From: Kineococcus radiotolerans SRS30216 = ATCC BAA-149
GTDB taxonomy: Bacteria > Actinomycetota > Actinomycetes > Actinomycetales > Kineococcaceae
Reading direction: 5' to 3'
NCBI RefSeq assembly: GCF_000017305.1
Contig: NC_009664.2
Coordinates: 4,530,001-4,562,000, forward strand
Length of the DNA: 32,000 nucleotides
Notes under the pieces: model-generated
Database searches by the model: none
The model's input: only the letters and a program-made list of their open reading frames with translations
Told to the model about the DNA's origin: nothing
Made by a program: the position numbers and the translations under genes
In this document: positions 24,967 through 32,000 of the stretch, in pieces
How positions within the stretch are numbered: position 1 is the first letter of the stretch
How the letters are laid out: each line of letters starts with the position of its first letter

Positions 24967-25230
24967 GCGGTGCGGAGGACACCTGGTACCAGTGGTGTGC
25001 AGCTCGTGCCTCCACTGGAGTGCTCACCAAAGCGTTCCAGCGGGTCGCCTGGCCTGACCGGAGATCCTTGAACCTGGCCACCTCACCTCCAGCGGTGAGT
25101 ACCACCGGTGCCCAGGTGGGCCGCTCCGTGATCGCTCGCCGTTCATCAGATGGGTGTCCACTGACCTGCCCGCGAGGACCCTCAGCGCGGCAGTGCCGTT
25201 ACGAGGCGAAAGGAGAAGCGAGGGGCGGCG

Positions 25231-25400
25231 GTGTGAGGAGGGGTGTGAGGAGGGGTGTGAGGAGGGGTGTGAGGAGGGGTGTGAGGGGGGGTGTGAGGAG
25301 GGGTGTGAGGGGGGGTGTGAGGGGGGTGTGAGGGGGCGGTGTGAGGGGGGGTGTGAGGGGGCGGTGTGAGGGGGCGGTGTGAGGGGGCGGTGTGAGGGGG
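25231..25400 (+). repeat. G-rich tandem array: 14 units of 11-13 nt, GTGTGAGG(A/G)GG(G/CG)
   Basis: Counted directly. Units 1-4 and 6 are gtgtgaggaggg. Units 5, 7, 8 and 10 are gtgtgaggggg(g). Units 9 and 11-13 are gtgtgagggggcg. Unit 14, gtgtgaggggg, ends 1 nt before the stop codon (comp 25401-25403) of the PAS gene. Confidence 0.95.
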
Positions 25401-26168
25401 TCAGCTGGGTAGAGCAGCGATGATGCCGACGATGCGAGGTCCGCTCCCGGCGCTCGAGTCGATGACGCGTCCGCTGCTGAGACGCCAGGCGTAACTTCCG
25501 TCGCTCATGCGCGTTCGGTAGCGCGCTTCGTAGCGCTGGCGGGTGTCGAAGGCCCGGCTCAGGGCGTCGGCGATGCGCTCGCGGTCCTCGGGGTGGACGT
25601 GGTGCGCGAGCTGGTCTTCTAGTGTGGCGCCGTCTGTGGGGTGGACGTCGAGCAGGGCGGCGCACTGTTCGTCCCAGGACAGCCTCCGACTGCGGTGGTC
25701 CAGCTCCCAGGCACCTGCGCCGGGGTGGAGCAGCGCGCCATCGGCTAGGGCGCTGGGAAGGGCTGAGGGAGGTAAAGCGTTGCCGGGCGGGGTGGAGGTG
25801 ACATCGGCCGGGACGTGGTTGCTCGGGACGTGGTCGTCCGGGGCTGGCTCGGTGAGCTCCAGCTTCCTGAGAGAGATGTCGGCGCTGCGGGTGGTGAGCC
25901 ACGCGGTGAGGGCGGGGGGAAGCAGCTGCCAGGAGGAGGGGCCAGCGTCACGTAGCAGCTGCAGCAGCACCTCGTGGGTCAGGCCGTCACTTTGGACGAG
26001 TAGACCCTGGTCTCGCCCGCGCTCGTCGTCGATGAGGACTGCATCGGTGAAGATCGACAGGGTGGGGTCTGTGGTGGGGGGCATGTCATCGCCCCACATC
26101 TCGTACACGGCGTCGCGGACGCCGCGGGCACGAGCCTGGCGACGCTGTTCCGTCTCCGGGGTACCCAT
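25401..26168 (-). CDS. PAS domain-containing protein
   Basis: The C-terminal ~110 aa, AWELDHRSRRLSWDEQCAALLDVHP...TLEDQLAHHVHPEDRERIADALSRAF...RYEARYRTRMSDGSYAWRLSSGRVI...GPRIVGII, fit the PAS_3/PAS-fold pattern. The N-terminal half is unassigned. Confidence 0.7.
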   Translation of the reverse strand: MGTPETEQRRQARARGVRDAVYEMWGDDMPPTTDPTLSIFTDAVLIDDERGRDQGLLVQSDGLTHEVLLQLLRDAGPSSWQLLPPALTAWLTTRSADISLRKLELTEPAPDDHVPSNHVPADVTSTPPGNALPPSALPSALADGALLHPGAGAWELDHRSRRLSWDEQCAALLDVHPTDGATLEDQLAHHVHPEDRERIADALSRAFDTRQRYEARYRTRMSDGSYAWRLSSGRVIDSSAGSGPRIVGIIAALPS

Positions 26169-26623
26169 GCTTCCCTCGCCACCTCACTGCTGTCCTCACG
26201 CCTGCCGGACAGCGTTGTCCCCGGCGGTGCCGCGCTCGACACCGCTGTGTTCCACCCGTGGTGTTCGACTCCCTCGTACCCGCTGGCTGTGCGCAGTCGG
26301 GCGGCGACGTGTCTGCTTATCGGCTCATAGTGAAGGGCGATGCGCGGCGGTGTCCATGCGTTCTCAACTTTGGCTGCGGCTGTGGACCCGCAGGTCAGGC
26401 CCCCTTTCGAGGGTCATGGCAGTGACCGTCGGTTGGGCAGGAAGGAGACCTGCAGGGGAGCAGCAGAGGGGCAGACGCAGGACAGGCGCAGACGCAGGAC
26501 AGGTGTGGGTCCGGCCCCGGCCCTGGAGGGAGGCCACGAACGGCGCCGCAGTGCTGGGATACGGCCGGGCGGGTGCAGCGAAAGCCTGCAGCTGCAGCTC
26601 GCTGCGTCCTCTCCTGCTCGCAG

Positions 26624-27079
26624 CTACTCCGGTTCCCGCTCGCCGCTGCGTGGGTGCTCGTCGATCGGCGGCTGGCCGGCGGCGGGGAGGTGTCCGGCGC
26701 GGCGGGCGGCCTCGACGGCGGCGGTGCTGCTGCGCACACCGTACTTTCGGCGGATGGTGGCCAGGTGCTGGGCGATGGTGTTGGCTGAGCGACCCAGCCG
26801 CTCGGCGATCTGCGCGCCGCTGAGGCCCTCGGCCACCAGTTGCAGCGTCTCAGCCTCCCGAGCGGTGAGCCGGTTGACGCCAGGAGAGCTGTGGGCAGGG
26901 GCCATGTGCTGCTGCAGCCTGCGCAGCTCCGACTCCATCTGCTGCAGCTCCGACTCACTGATCATCACGACGCGCTCACCGCTGCGCGCCTGCAAGTACA
27001 TCCGGCGATCCCCGGCGGCGATGGCGTCGAGCAGGTGCGGCCACAAGGCGCTCGCGAGAGCTTGGTCGGTGTCGTGCAC
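26624..27079 (-). CDS. LuxR/GerE-family HTH transcriptional regulator with an unusual N-terminal domain
   Basis: The C-terminus LTAREAETLQLVAEGLSGAQIAERLGRSANTIAQHLATIRRKYGV is a GerE HTH. The N-terminus (ALWPHLLDAIAAGDRRMYLQARSGERVVMISESELQQMESELRRLQ) resembles a Phd/YefM-type antitoxin fold rather than a receiver domain. Confidence 0.75.
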   Translation of the reverse strand: MHDTDQALASALWPHLLDAIAAGDRRMYLQARSGERVVMISESELQQMESELRRLQQHMAPAHSSPGVNRLTAREAETLQLVAEGLSGAQIAERLGRSANTIAQHLATIRRKYGVRSSTAAVEAARRAGHLPAAGQPPIDEHPRSGEREPE

Positions 27080-27651
27080 GTGGTGCCACCTCCCTCTGCG
27101 TCTCGTCTGAAGAGCGCCGCTGCTTCATCAACGACCAGTATCCAGCCCCGCTGGCGGGCCAGCCCCACCTTCGCAGTCGCAGCGAGCCGCCGCACCTGCG
27201 CATCCACGGTCTGCGACCCGCCACCTCGTGTCTGCTGCGTGCTGCGCTGGGCCGGCGCTGTTCCGGCCTCGGCATCCTGGCCGGCGACCTTGAGCCTCTC
27301 ACCGGTACGTAACGGTATCTACGGCACAGTCCGTGCTCAGCCAGCACTCACCAGCTCGTCCTCATGCCTGGCCGGAGCCACGGGGAAGCGGTCGGGCTTG
27401 GACGCAGCAGGCTGCTCCAAGAACGGGGCGGGTCTCGGCACCCGCTCCGACGTCGATCTGCCGGGCTTGGATCCGTCACGCTTTGACCTGCCGACTTCGA
27501 AGCCGGCGGAAATCTCCTCGAGGTCCCCCGGGTCCCGCCCGGCTCCACCCGCTCTCCGTCCGCCCAGCGGCCATGCGCTCGCAGGAGACGCGGCAGTGGG
27601 ACCCGGACGGCGTCACCCGATTGGCTTCATGTTCTGACGCTCAGTGCCGAA

Positions 27652-27674
27652 GTACTAGTTAAGACAGCTAGTAC
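27652..27674 (+). promoter_or_regulatory. perfect 7-bp inverted repeat GTACTAG-N9-CTAGTAC in an AT-richer patch upstream of the tasA-like operon
   Basis: gtactagttaagacagctagtac lies 76 nt upstream of GTG 27750, in the divergent region shared with the LuxR-type gene. It is a candidate operator or promoter element only. Confidence 0.25.
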
Positions 27675-27749
27675 ACCCGTCAGACGCCATGCCCTGCCCG
27701 ACCGACGTCGGTGAGGACCCAGCCAGCTGGACCGCGACAGGAGAACATC

Positions 27750-28508
27750 GTGACCAATCCTCAGACCCCGAGCACTCCCCGAGGCGCCGACCTCACGGAT
27801 GCCCTGGACATGCCGAAGCTCCCTGCCCGTCACGCCGGTCTCGGACGCTTGCGGGCTTCCGGCCGCTGGGCCAAGACCCGCGCCCTGCTCGCCGGCGGCC
27901 TCGTCCTGGGCGTGGGCGGCTCGGTCACCCTGGCTGCGTGGACGGACACCGAATGGGTCTGGGGCGGCACCGACGGCGCCGGCGACATGGCCACCGCCAG
28001 CTTCGCGATCGAGCAGAACGTCTGGAACGGCACCTCCGGCGCGGCGGTCTGGCGCGACGGTGCTGACGAAGCCAACGCCGGCCAGCTGAACTTCACCATC
28101 GACGCCGCCAACCTCATCCCGGGCAAGACGGTGTACGCGCCGATGCAGCTGCGTACCAAAGCCGGTTCCGAGGCAGGCTCCCTCCAGCTGAATGGCGCTG
28201 TCCTTGCTCCTGGGGGTTCTCAGACCCTGTTCGAAACGTTGCGCTACACCGTGGTCACCGGCGTCGCCAAGGCCGCCTGCAGCGCCACCAACTTCTCCCT
28301 GCCCACCAGTCTCAGCGCCCGCCACGTCGTCGATGCCACCTTGAGCACCCCCGCGACCCAATCCATCCCGCTGGCGGCTGATGGTCCCAGCAGCGCCGGC
28401 AACGCCGTCGACGTCTGCTTCGCCATCACCCTGCCGGCCACCGCTGACAACACCATTCAGGACAAGACAGCCAGGCTGTTCTGGAAGTACGACGCGGCGC
28501 TGGCATGA
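27750..28508 (+). CDS. secreted protein with a SipW-dependent-type signal peptide (TasA/camelysin-like)
   Basis: WAKTRALLAGGLVLGVGGSVTLAAWTDTEWV matches the SipW-cognate signal pattern (basic residue, hydrophobic core, then TLAA[FW]TD). The mature part is beta-rich. The start is placed at GTG 27750, with AGGAGA 5 nt upstream. The track ORF begins at 27711. Confidence 0.7.
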   Translation: MTNPQTPSTPRGADLTDALDMPKLPARHAGLGRLRASGRWAKTRALLAGGLVLGVGGSVTLAAWTDTEWVWGGTDGAGDMATASFAIEQNVWNGTSGAAVWRDGADEANAGQLNFTIDAANLIPGKTVYAPMQLRTKAGSEAGSLQLNGAVLAPGGSQTLFETLRYTVVTGVAKAACSATNFSLPTSLSARHVVDATLSTPATQSIPLAADGPSSAGNAVDVCFAITLPATADNTIQDKTARLFWKYDAALA

Positions 28509-29197
28509 GCCTCCAGGACAGGCGGACGTTGCAGATGGTGCAGGCGCTGCAGACGATGCAGAAAAAAGAAACCTCGCTCACGCAGCAACAGCCGGCCACG
28601 CCGCCGACGCCGAACACCAGCGCCCAGTCCGCTGCGCTGGTCGACTCAGACGATGCTGGACCGGGCGAGCCCAGGCTGCGGCACTGGGTCCGCGAGACGG
28701 TCTTGACCGTAGCGGCACTTGGTGGAGTGGTCTGCCTGCTGGCCATCGCCGCGGCGGTGTTCTGCGACATCACCCTGGTGATGTTCCGCACCGGGTCCAT
28801 GAGCCCCACCATCCCCGCCGGCGCGGTCGCCGTGGTGCGTGCCGTTCCCGCGGCTGAGGTGGTGGTCGGTGACGTGGTCACCGTGGAACGGCCAGACGCG
28901 CTGCCCGTCACCCACCGCGTCCTGCGGATCGCGCCGAACCCCAACGGGCCTGCCGCCTCTCGGCTGCTGACCCTCAAGGGTGACGCCAACGCCACCGCGG
29001 ACCCGGTGCCTTACGCGGTCAGCGACGTGCGCCGGGTCATCGTCTCCCGAGCGCACCTGGGGCACTGGATCAACCGGGCTCGATCCCCGCTCGCTCTCAG
29101 CGCCACCACGCTCCTCGTCGGGGCCCTGGTGACGTGGACGTTCTGGCCGACAGCAGCCACGGCGCAGCCGCCAACTCGGTCGGGGATTCGTTCCTAG
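28505..29197 (+). CDS. signal peptidase I, SipW/archaeal-eukaryal (S26B) type
   Basis: FRTGSMSPTIPAGAVAVV (catalytic Ser box), GDVVTV, THRV (His box), LKGDANATADP and a C-terminal TM. Its start overlaps the upstream stop (ATGA). Confidence 0.85.
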   Translation: MSLQDRRTLQMVQALQTMQKKETSLTQQQPATPPTPNTSAQSAALVDSDDAGPGEPRLRHWVRETVLTVAALGGVVCLLAIAAAVFCDITLVMFRTGSMSPTIPAGAVAVVRAVPAAEVVVGDVVTVERPDALPVTHRVLRIAPNPNGPAASRLLTLKGDANATADPVPYAVSDVRRVIVSRAHLGHWINRARSPLALSATTLLVGALVTWTFWPTAATAQPPTRSGIRS

Positions 29198-29387
29198 CTG
29201 CGGCCCTGCACGCCGCGCCGCCGCTGGTGGAGTCGAACTTCAGCAGAGCTAGGCACGTCATGACCCTCATGACCCCCGACCGACACCGTGCCCCACTACG
29301 AGCGGCAACAGCTAGTCGATCACAGCGCCCCAGCAGCCACGGTGACCACGGTGACCGGCAAATCTCACAGCAGGAGGAGGTGACCAG

Positions 29388-30524
29388 ATGCGCCATCGTG
29401 GATTCGCCGATGTCGACCGTTCGACCCGCCGCCTTCTCGGCCCTTGGCTCGGTTCGAGAATCGGCGTCCTCACCAGCGTCGTGCTCATCACTGTGGCCGC
29501 CGGTACCGCGGGTTCCATCGCCCTGGCTTCTAGCGCGGTCGCCGACTCTACGCCGCCGAAGCTGCGCCTGGACTCGCAGTTCACCCGCCACGGACCCGCC
29601 ACTCTGGCCCCGGGCCGACGCATCCACTGGGAGATCGAAGCCACCCTCGAAGGCGGGGCGGTCGGCGCACTGGAACTGCAGGTCGCCTCCGAAGGCGCCC
29701 TGGTCACCCGCCCCGACGGGCTGTGGATCCAGGTCCGCACCTGTGATCAGCGCTGGCTGACCAAGCCCGCCCGCTGCCCCGGCAACCTGCTGCAGCTGCT
29801 CGCCCCCCAGCGCCTGGCCGACGTACCGGCGGAGACGATGGTGCCGGTCGGGAACATCTCCTTGGCCGACTCCCAATGGGTCCTGGTCACCATGAACCTG
29901 CCCGAGAACGCCTCCGCGGAGCTGCAAGGCGCCTCAGGGCGCATCGGCATCGGACTCACCGCCTCCGGCGACGACACCGGCGTTCCGACCCCCACGCGCA
30001 CCCCCACGCCCAACTCCACGCCCACGCCTGAAGGTGCCACCCCGACGGGCGCACCCACAGCCACCGCCCCGGCACCGACTTCCCCGGCCGTTGAGCTGCC
30101 CGCAGCGTCTCCGCAGAAACCCATCGAGGAGTCGCCCATCCCGGCGCCTCCTGCGGTGCCCCCCGCAGCGCCCACGTCGGCGCCCACCTCCACCTCGGCT
30201 CCCGCCGATGTGCGTCCCATCACGGTGGCACCCCTCGGCGCGTCCCCGGTGAAGGTGACGACGGGATCTGCCGCTCGGGCCGCTGGGGGCGCTCCGAGGT
30301 CGGGTGGTGGTTCCATGTCGGACCCGTCGGATCTGCCGACGCGCCTGGCTCGCACCGGGGCCGAACTGGGACCTACCCTGGGCTTGGCTCTAGGGGCCAT
30401 CGCCGCGGGTCTGCTCCTCAGCGCTCTGGCCCGGCGGCACCGCTCACCTCAGGATTCAACTCAGCGAGCACCTGAGCATGCGCCTGAGCGTTCAATACAA
30501 CGAGCCTCGCGGGGCCGACAATGA
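29388..30524 (+). CDS. cell-wall-anchored surface protein with a LAxTG sorting signal
   Basis: N-terminal signal/TM segment (IGVLTSVVLITVAAGTAGSIALASSAVA), a globular region and a Pro/Thr/Ala-rich stalk. The C-terminus is LARTG plus the hydrophobic stretch AELGPTLGLALGAIAAGLLLSAL plus ARRHR. An AGGAGGAGG RBS lies upstream. Confidence 0.7.
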   Translation: MRHRGFADVDRSTRRLLGPWLGSRIGVLTSVVLITVAAGTAGSIALASSAVADSTPPKLRLDSQFTRHGPATLAPGRRIHWEIEATLEGGAVGALELQVASEGALVTRPDGLWIQVRTCDQRWLTKPARCPGNLLQLLAPQRLADVPAETMVPVGNISLADSQWVLVTMNLPENASAELQGASGRIGIGLTASGDDTGVPTPTRTPTPNSTPTPEGATPTGAPTATAPAPTSPAVELPAASPQKPIEESPIPAPPAVPPAAPTSAPTSTSAPADVRPITVAPLGASPVKVTTGSAARAAGGAPRSGGGSMSDPSDLPTRLARTGAELGPTLGLALGAIAAGLLLSALARRHRSPQDSTQRAPEHAPERSIQRASRGRQ

Positions 30525-32000
30525 CCCGGCGCGCCGCCAGCTGGCGTGCGATCCGTCGGCGCACGGTCGGTCAGCCCCCGGTGAGCCAGCCCCCGGTCAG
30601 CCAGCGTGCGGTGAGCCGACGGGCGGTCACCGCTGTGGTCGCGACGACCCTTGCCGCACTGCTCAGCGTCGCGCACCTGGGAACGCTCGGCGACATCGCC
30701 GAGACCACCGATGCGTCCTGGGTGGACCGGGAGATGGTGCAGTCCTCCCTGTCGGTGGGTGGACCGCTCAGCTGCGCCACCCTCGGCCGTTACAGGAGCG
30801 CCAGCCAAGCGCGGATGACCACTGGTCGCCTGCTGGGACGCGACCTGTCCACAGTCGTGGACGTGGCCGGGGTGTCGGTGACCAACCCGGGGACTGGAGC
30901 CAGCGCGGTCCCAGCCACGACGACCCCCGTGGGTGCTGACGCATTCCGCAACAACCTCACCATCACCGCCTTGAACACCGCCCTCAGCACCGACCTGAGC
31001 GGAGTCCTCACCCTTCCGCTGGCCGGCACCAACCTCGGCGCCTACGCCCAGTACGCCCGGGCCGGCAGCGAGGGCAAAGCCGTCGCCGCCGCCGGGCTGA
31101 TCTCCGACACCGGTGCCCTCGCCCTCGGCAGCGCCGCTACCCCCGCCACCCCCGCCAGCACGCCCGCTGGGGATGCCGCCAGCATCGACCTGGCCAAGCT
31201 CGCCCCCGCCACCGTCGCGCTGGCTGGGGTCAACCTGGGTGTCGGCGCGGTCGGAGCCCGCGCCGCACTCCAGGGGTGCCAGCTGAGCAGTAACGTCCCC
31301 TCAGCCGAGCGCAGCTACGGCATCGCCTCGCTGAACCTCCGGGCCTCCGTTCCGGCGGTGAAGACCGTCGGCACCACCCTGACCACCCAGCTCGGTGCGG
31401 TCTCCACCACCGTCGACGGGCTGAAGACCACCCTGCAGTCGACGCTGAAGAACGTCGTAGGTCCTCTGCTAGGAGGTACTGCGGGAACGAGCACGGCGAA
31501 CATCACCCTCGACCTCGCGGCCTTGAACACCGAACTGCTGACTCCCCTCAGCGATGGGATGGTCACCGTGGACCTGCGCAACGGGCTGGTCACCGTCGAT
31601 GTGGCCGAGCTACTCAGCGGTTCCGGTGGCCTCAACGGGCAGGCGCCGAACACACAGTTGTTGCTGACCACACTCAACACCACCGTACCCAACCGGGTGA
31701 CGGCACTGCTGAACACCTGGAAGACGCAGGTCCAGCAGCGCCTGACGGCAGTCCTGAACGCCGCCGCGGTCGAGCTCCGCGTCACCGTGGCCCCGCTGGG
31801 ACTGGGGACGCCCAAGATCGTCGTCATCAACTCCACGCTCGGTGGGCTGGTGCAGGGCACCGGCACCACCAGCATCGACGGGGCAGCCCCCGCCGGCGGC
31901 TTGCTCTCCATCCTCACGTCGTCGCTGCTGCCAGCCCTGGGAGCGGTGGTCAACACCGCCCTGTTCGCCGCTCCTGCCGGCGCGGTTCCCGCCGTGGCGT
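30521..32000 (+). CDS. large secreted protein (possibly the 'choice-of-anchor G' type), 3' end beyond the window
   Basis: Absent from the ORF track because it runs off the edge. The ATG at 30521 overlaps the previous stop (ATGA). The translation MTRRAASWRAIRRRTVG...AVTAVVATTLAALLSVAHLGTLGDIAETTDASWVDRE... continues for more than 490 codons without a stop. It is rich in T/L/N/A/G with recurring L(D/N)L..LNT motifs. The minus-strand ORF 31315..31956 is antisense. The family assignment is from memory only. Confidence 0.6.
   Translation, partial: MTRRAASWRAIRRRTVGQPPVSQPPVSQRAVSRRAVTAVVATTLAALLSVAHLGTLGDIAETTDASWVDREMVQSSLSVGGPLSCATLGRYRSASQARMTTGRLLGRDLSTVVDVAGVSVTNPGTGASAVPATTTPVGADAFRNNLTITALNTALSTDLSGVLTLPLAGTNLGAYAQYARAGSEGKAVAAAGLISDTGALALGSAATPATPASTPAGDAASIDLAKLAPATVALAGVNLGVGAVGARAALQGCQLSSNVPSAERSYGIASLNLRASVPAVKTVGTTLTTQLGAVSTTVDGLKTTLQSTLKNVVGPLLGGTAGTSTANITLDLAALNTELLTPLSDGMVTVDLRNGLVTVDVAELLSGSGGLNGQAPNTQLLLTTLNTTVPNRVTALLNTWKTQVQQRLTAVLNAAAVELRVTVAPLGLGTPKIVVINSTLGGLVQGTGTTSIDGAAPAGGLLSILTSSLLPALGAVVNTALFAAPAGAVPAVA

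Noticed and set aside
25231-25400. Could the 12-nt tandem array, or the seven dispersed elements at 10958-16694, be a CRISPR array?
   Set aside because: The tandem units are contiguous, with no spacers. The dispersed elements are separated by 0.4-2.3 kb of gene-containing DNA, not by 25-40-nt spacers. No cas genes are present.
25024-26823. Long ORFs 25024..25902 (-) and 25543..26823 (+)
   Set aside because: They are P/R/S/H-rich low-complexity translations that run through the tandem repeat or lie antisense to the PAS gene. They are not credible proteins.
27100-27210. A minus-strand frame reading …VGLARQRGWILVVDEAAALF…, which is Walker-B-like, just upstream of the LuxR-type gene
   Set aside because: The fragment is short, has no start codon and has no accompanying Walker A. 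It could be a gene remnant, but the evidence is insufficient to call a feature.
30800-30822. caagcgcggatgaccactgg inside the large secreted-protein gene resembles the array element core
   Set aside because: Only about 10 nt match (gcggatgacc). It lies inside a coding region and lacks the GTGA half and the conserved 5' flank. It is probably a chance match.

Overview
This is a high-GC, actinobacterial-type chromosomal segment. All calls come from reading the sequence and ORF translations by eye; no searches were run.

- **1-10.7 kb:** ordinary membrane and redox genes. These are an MFS transporter fragment, a CPA1-type cation/H+ antiporter, an MprF/DUF2156-like membrane protein, DedA, a flavin amine oxidase, an FAD monooxygenase and a Zn alcohol dehydrogenase.
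- **10.96-16.69 kb (the most unusual part):** seven co-oriented copies of a ~25-nt element (core CGCGGGATGACCGTGA) cut the region into six modules. The modules carry small membrane or orphan proteins, an XRE-plus-membrane-protein pair, an SDR and gene remnants. One module end (~250 bp) is duplicated. It looks like a cassette array or recombination hotspot, but no recombinase is visible in the window.
- **16.7-27.1 kb:** a signalling island. It holds a DUF3039-like gene, an MCP, a GAF-ANTAR regulator, a degenerate IS3-family element next to a truncated DUF4396 gene, a GAF-PAS-GAF-GGDEF cyclase, a decayed RsbQ-like hydrolase, a 14-unit G-rich 12-nt tandem array, a PAS protein and a LuxR-type regulator.
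- **27.7-32 kb:** a SipW/TasA-like secreted-fibre operon. It encodes a SipW-type signal-peptide protein, a SipW-like signal peptidase, a LAxTG-anchored protein and a large secreted protein that runs off the window.

No rRNA, tRNA or CRISPR array was seen. Many long ORFs in the track are antisense artefacts of the high GC content.
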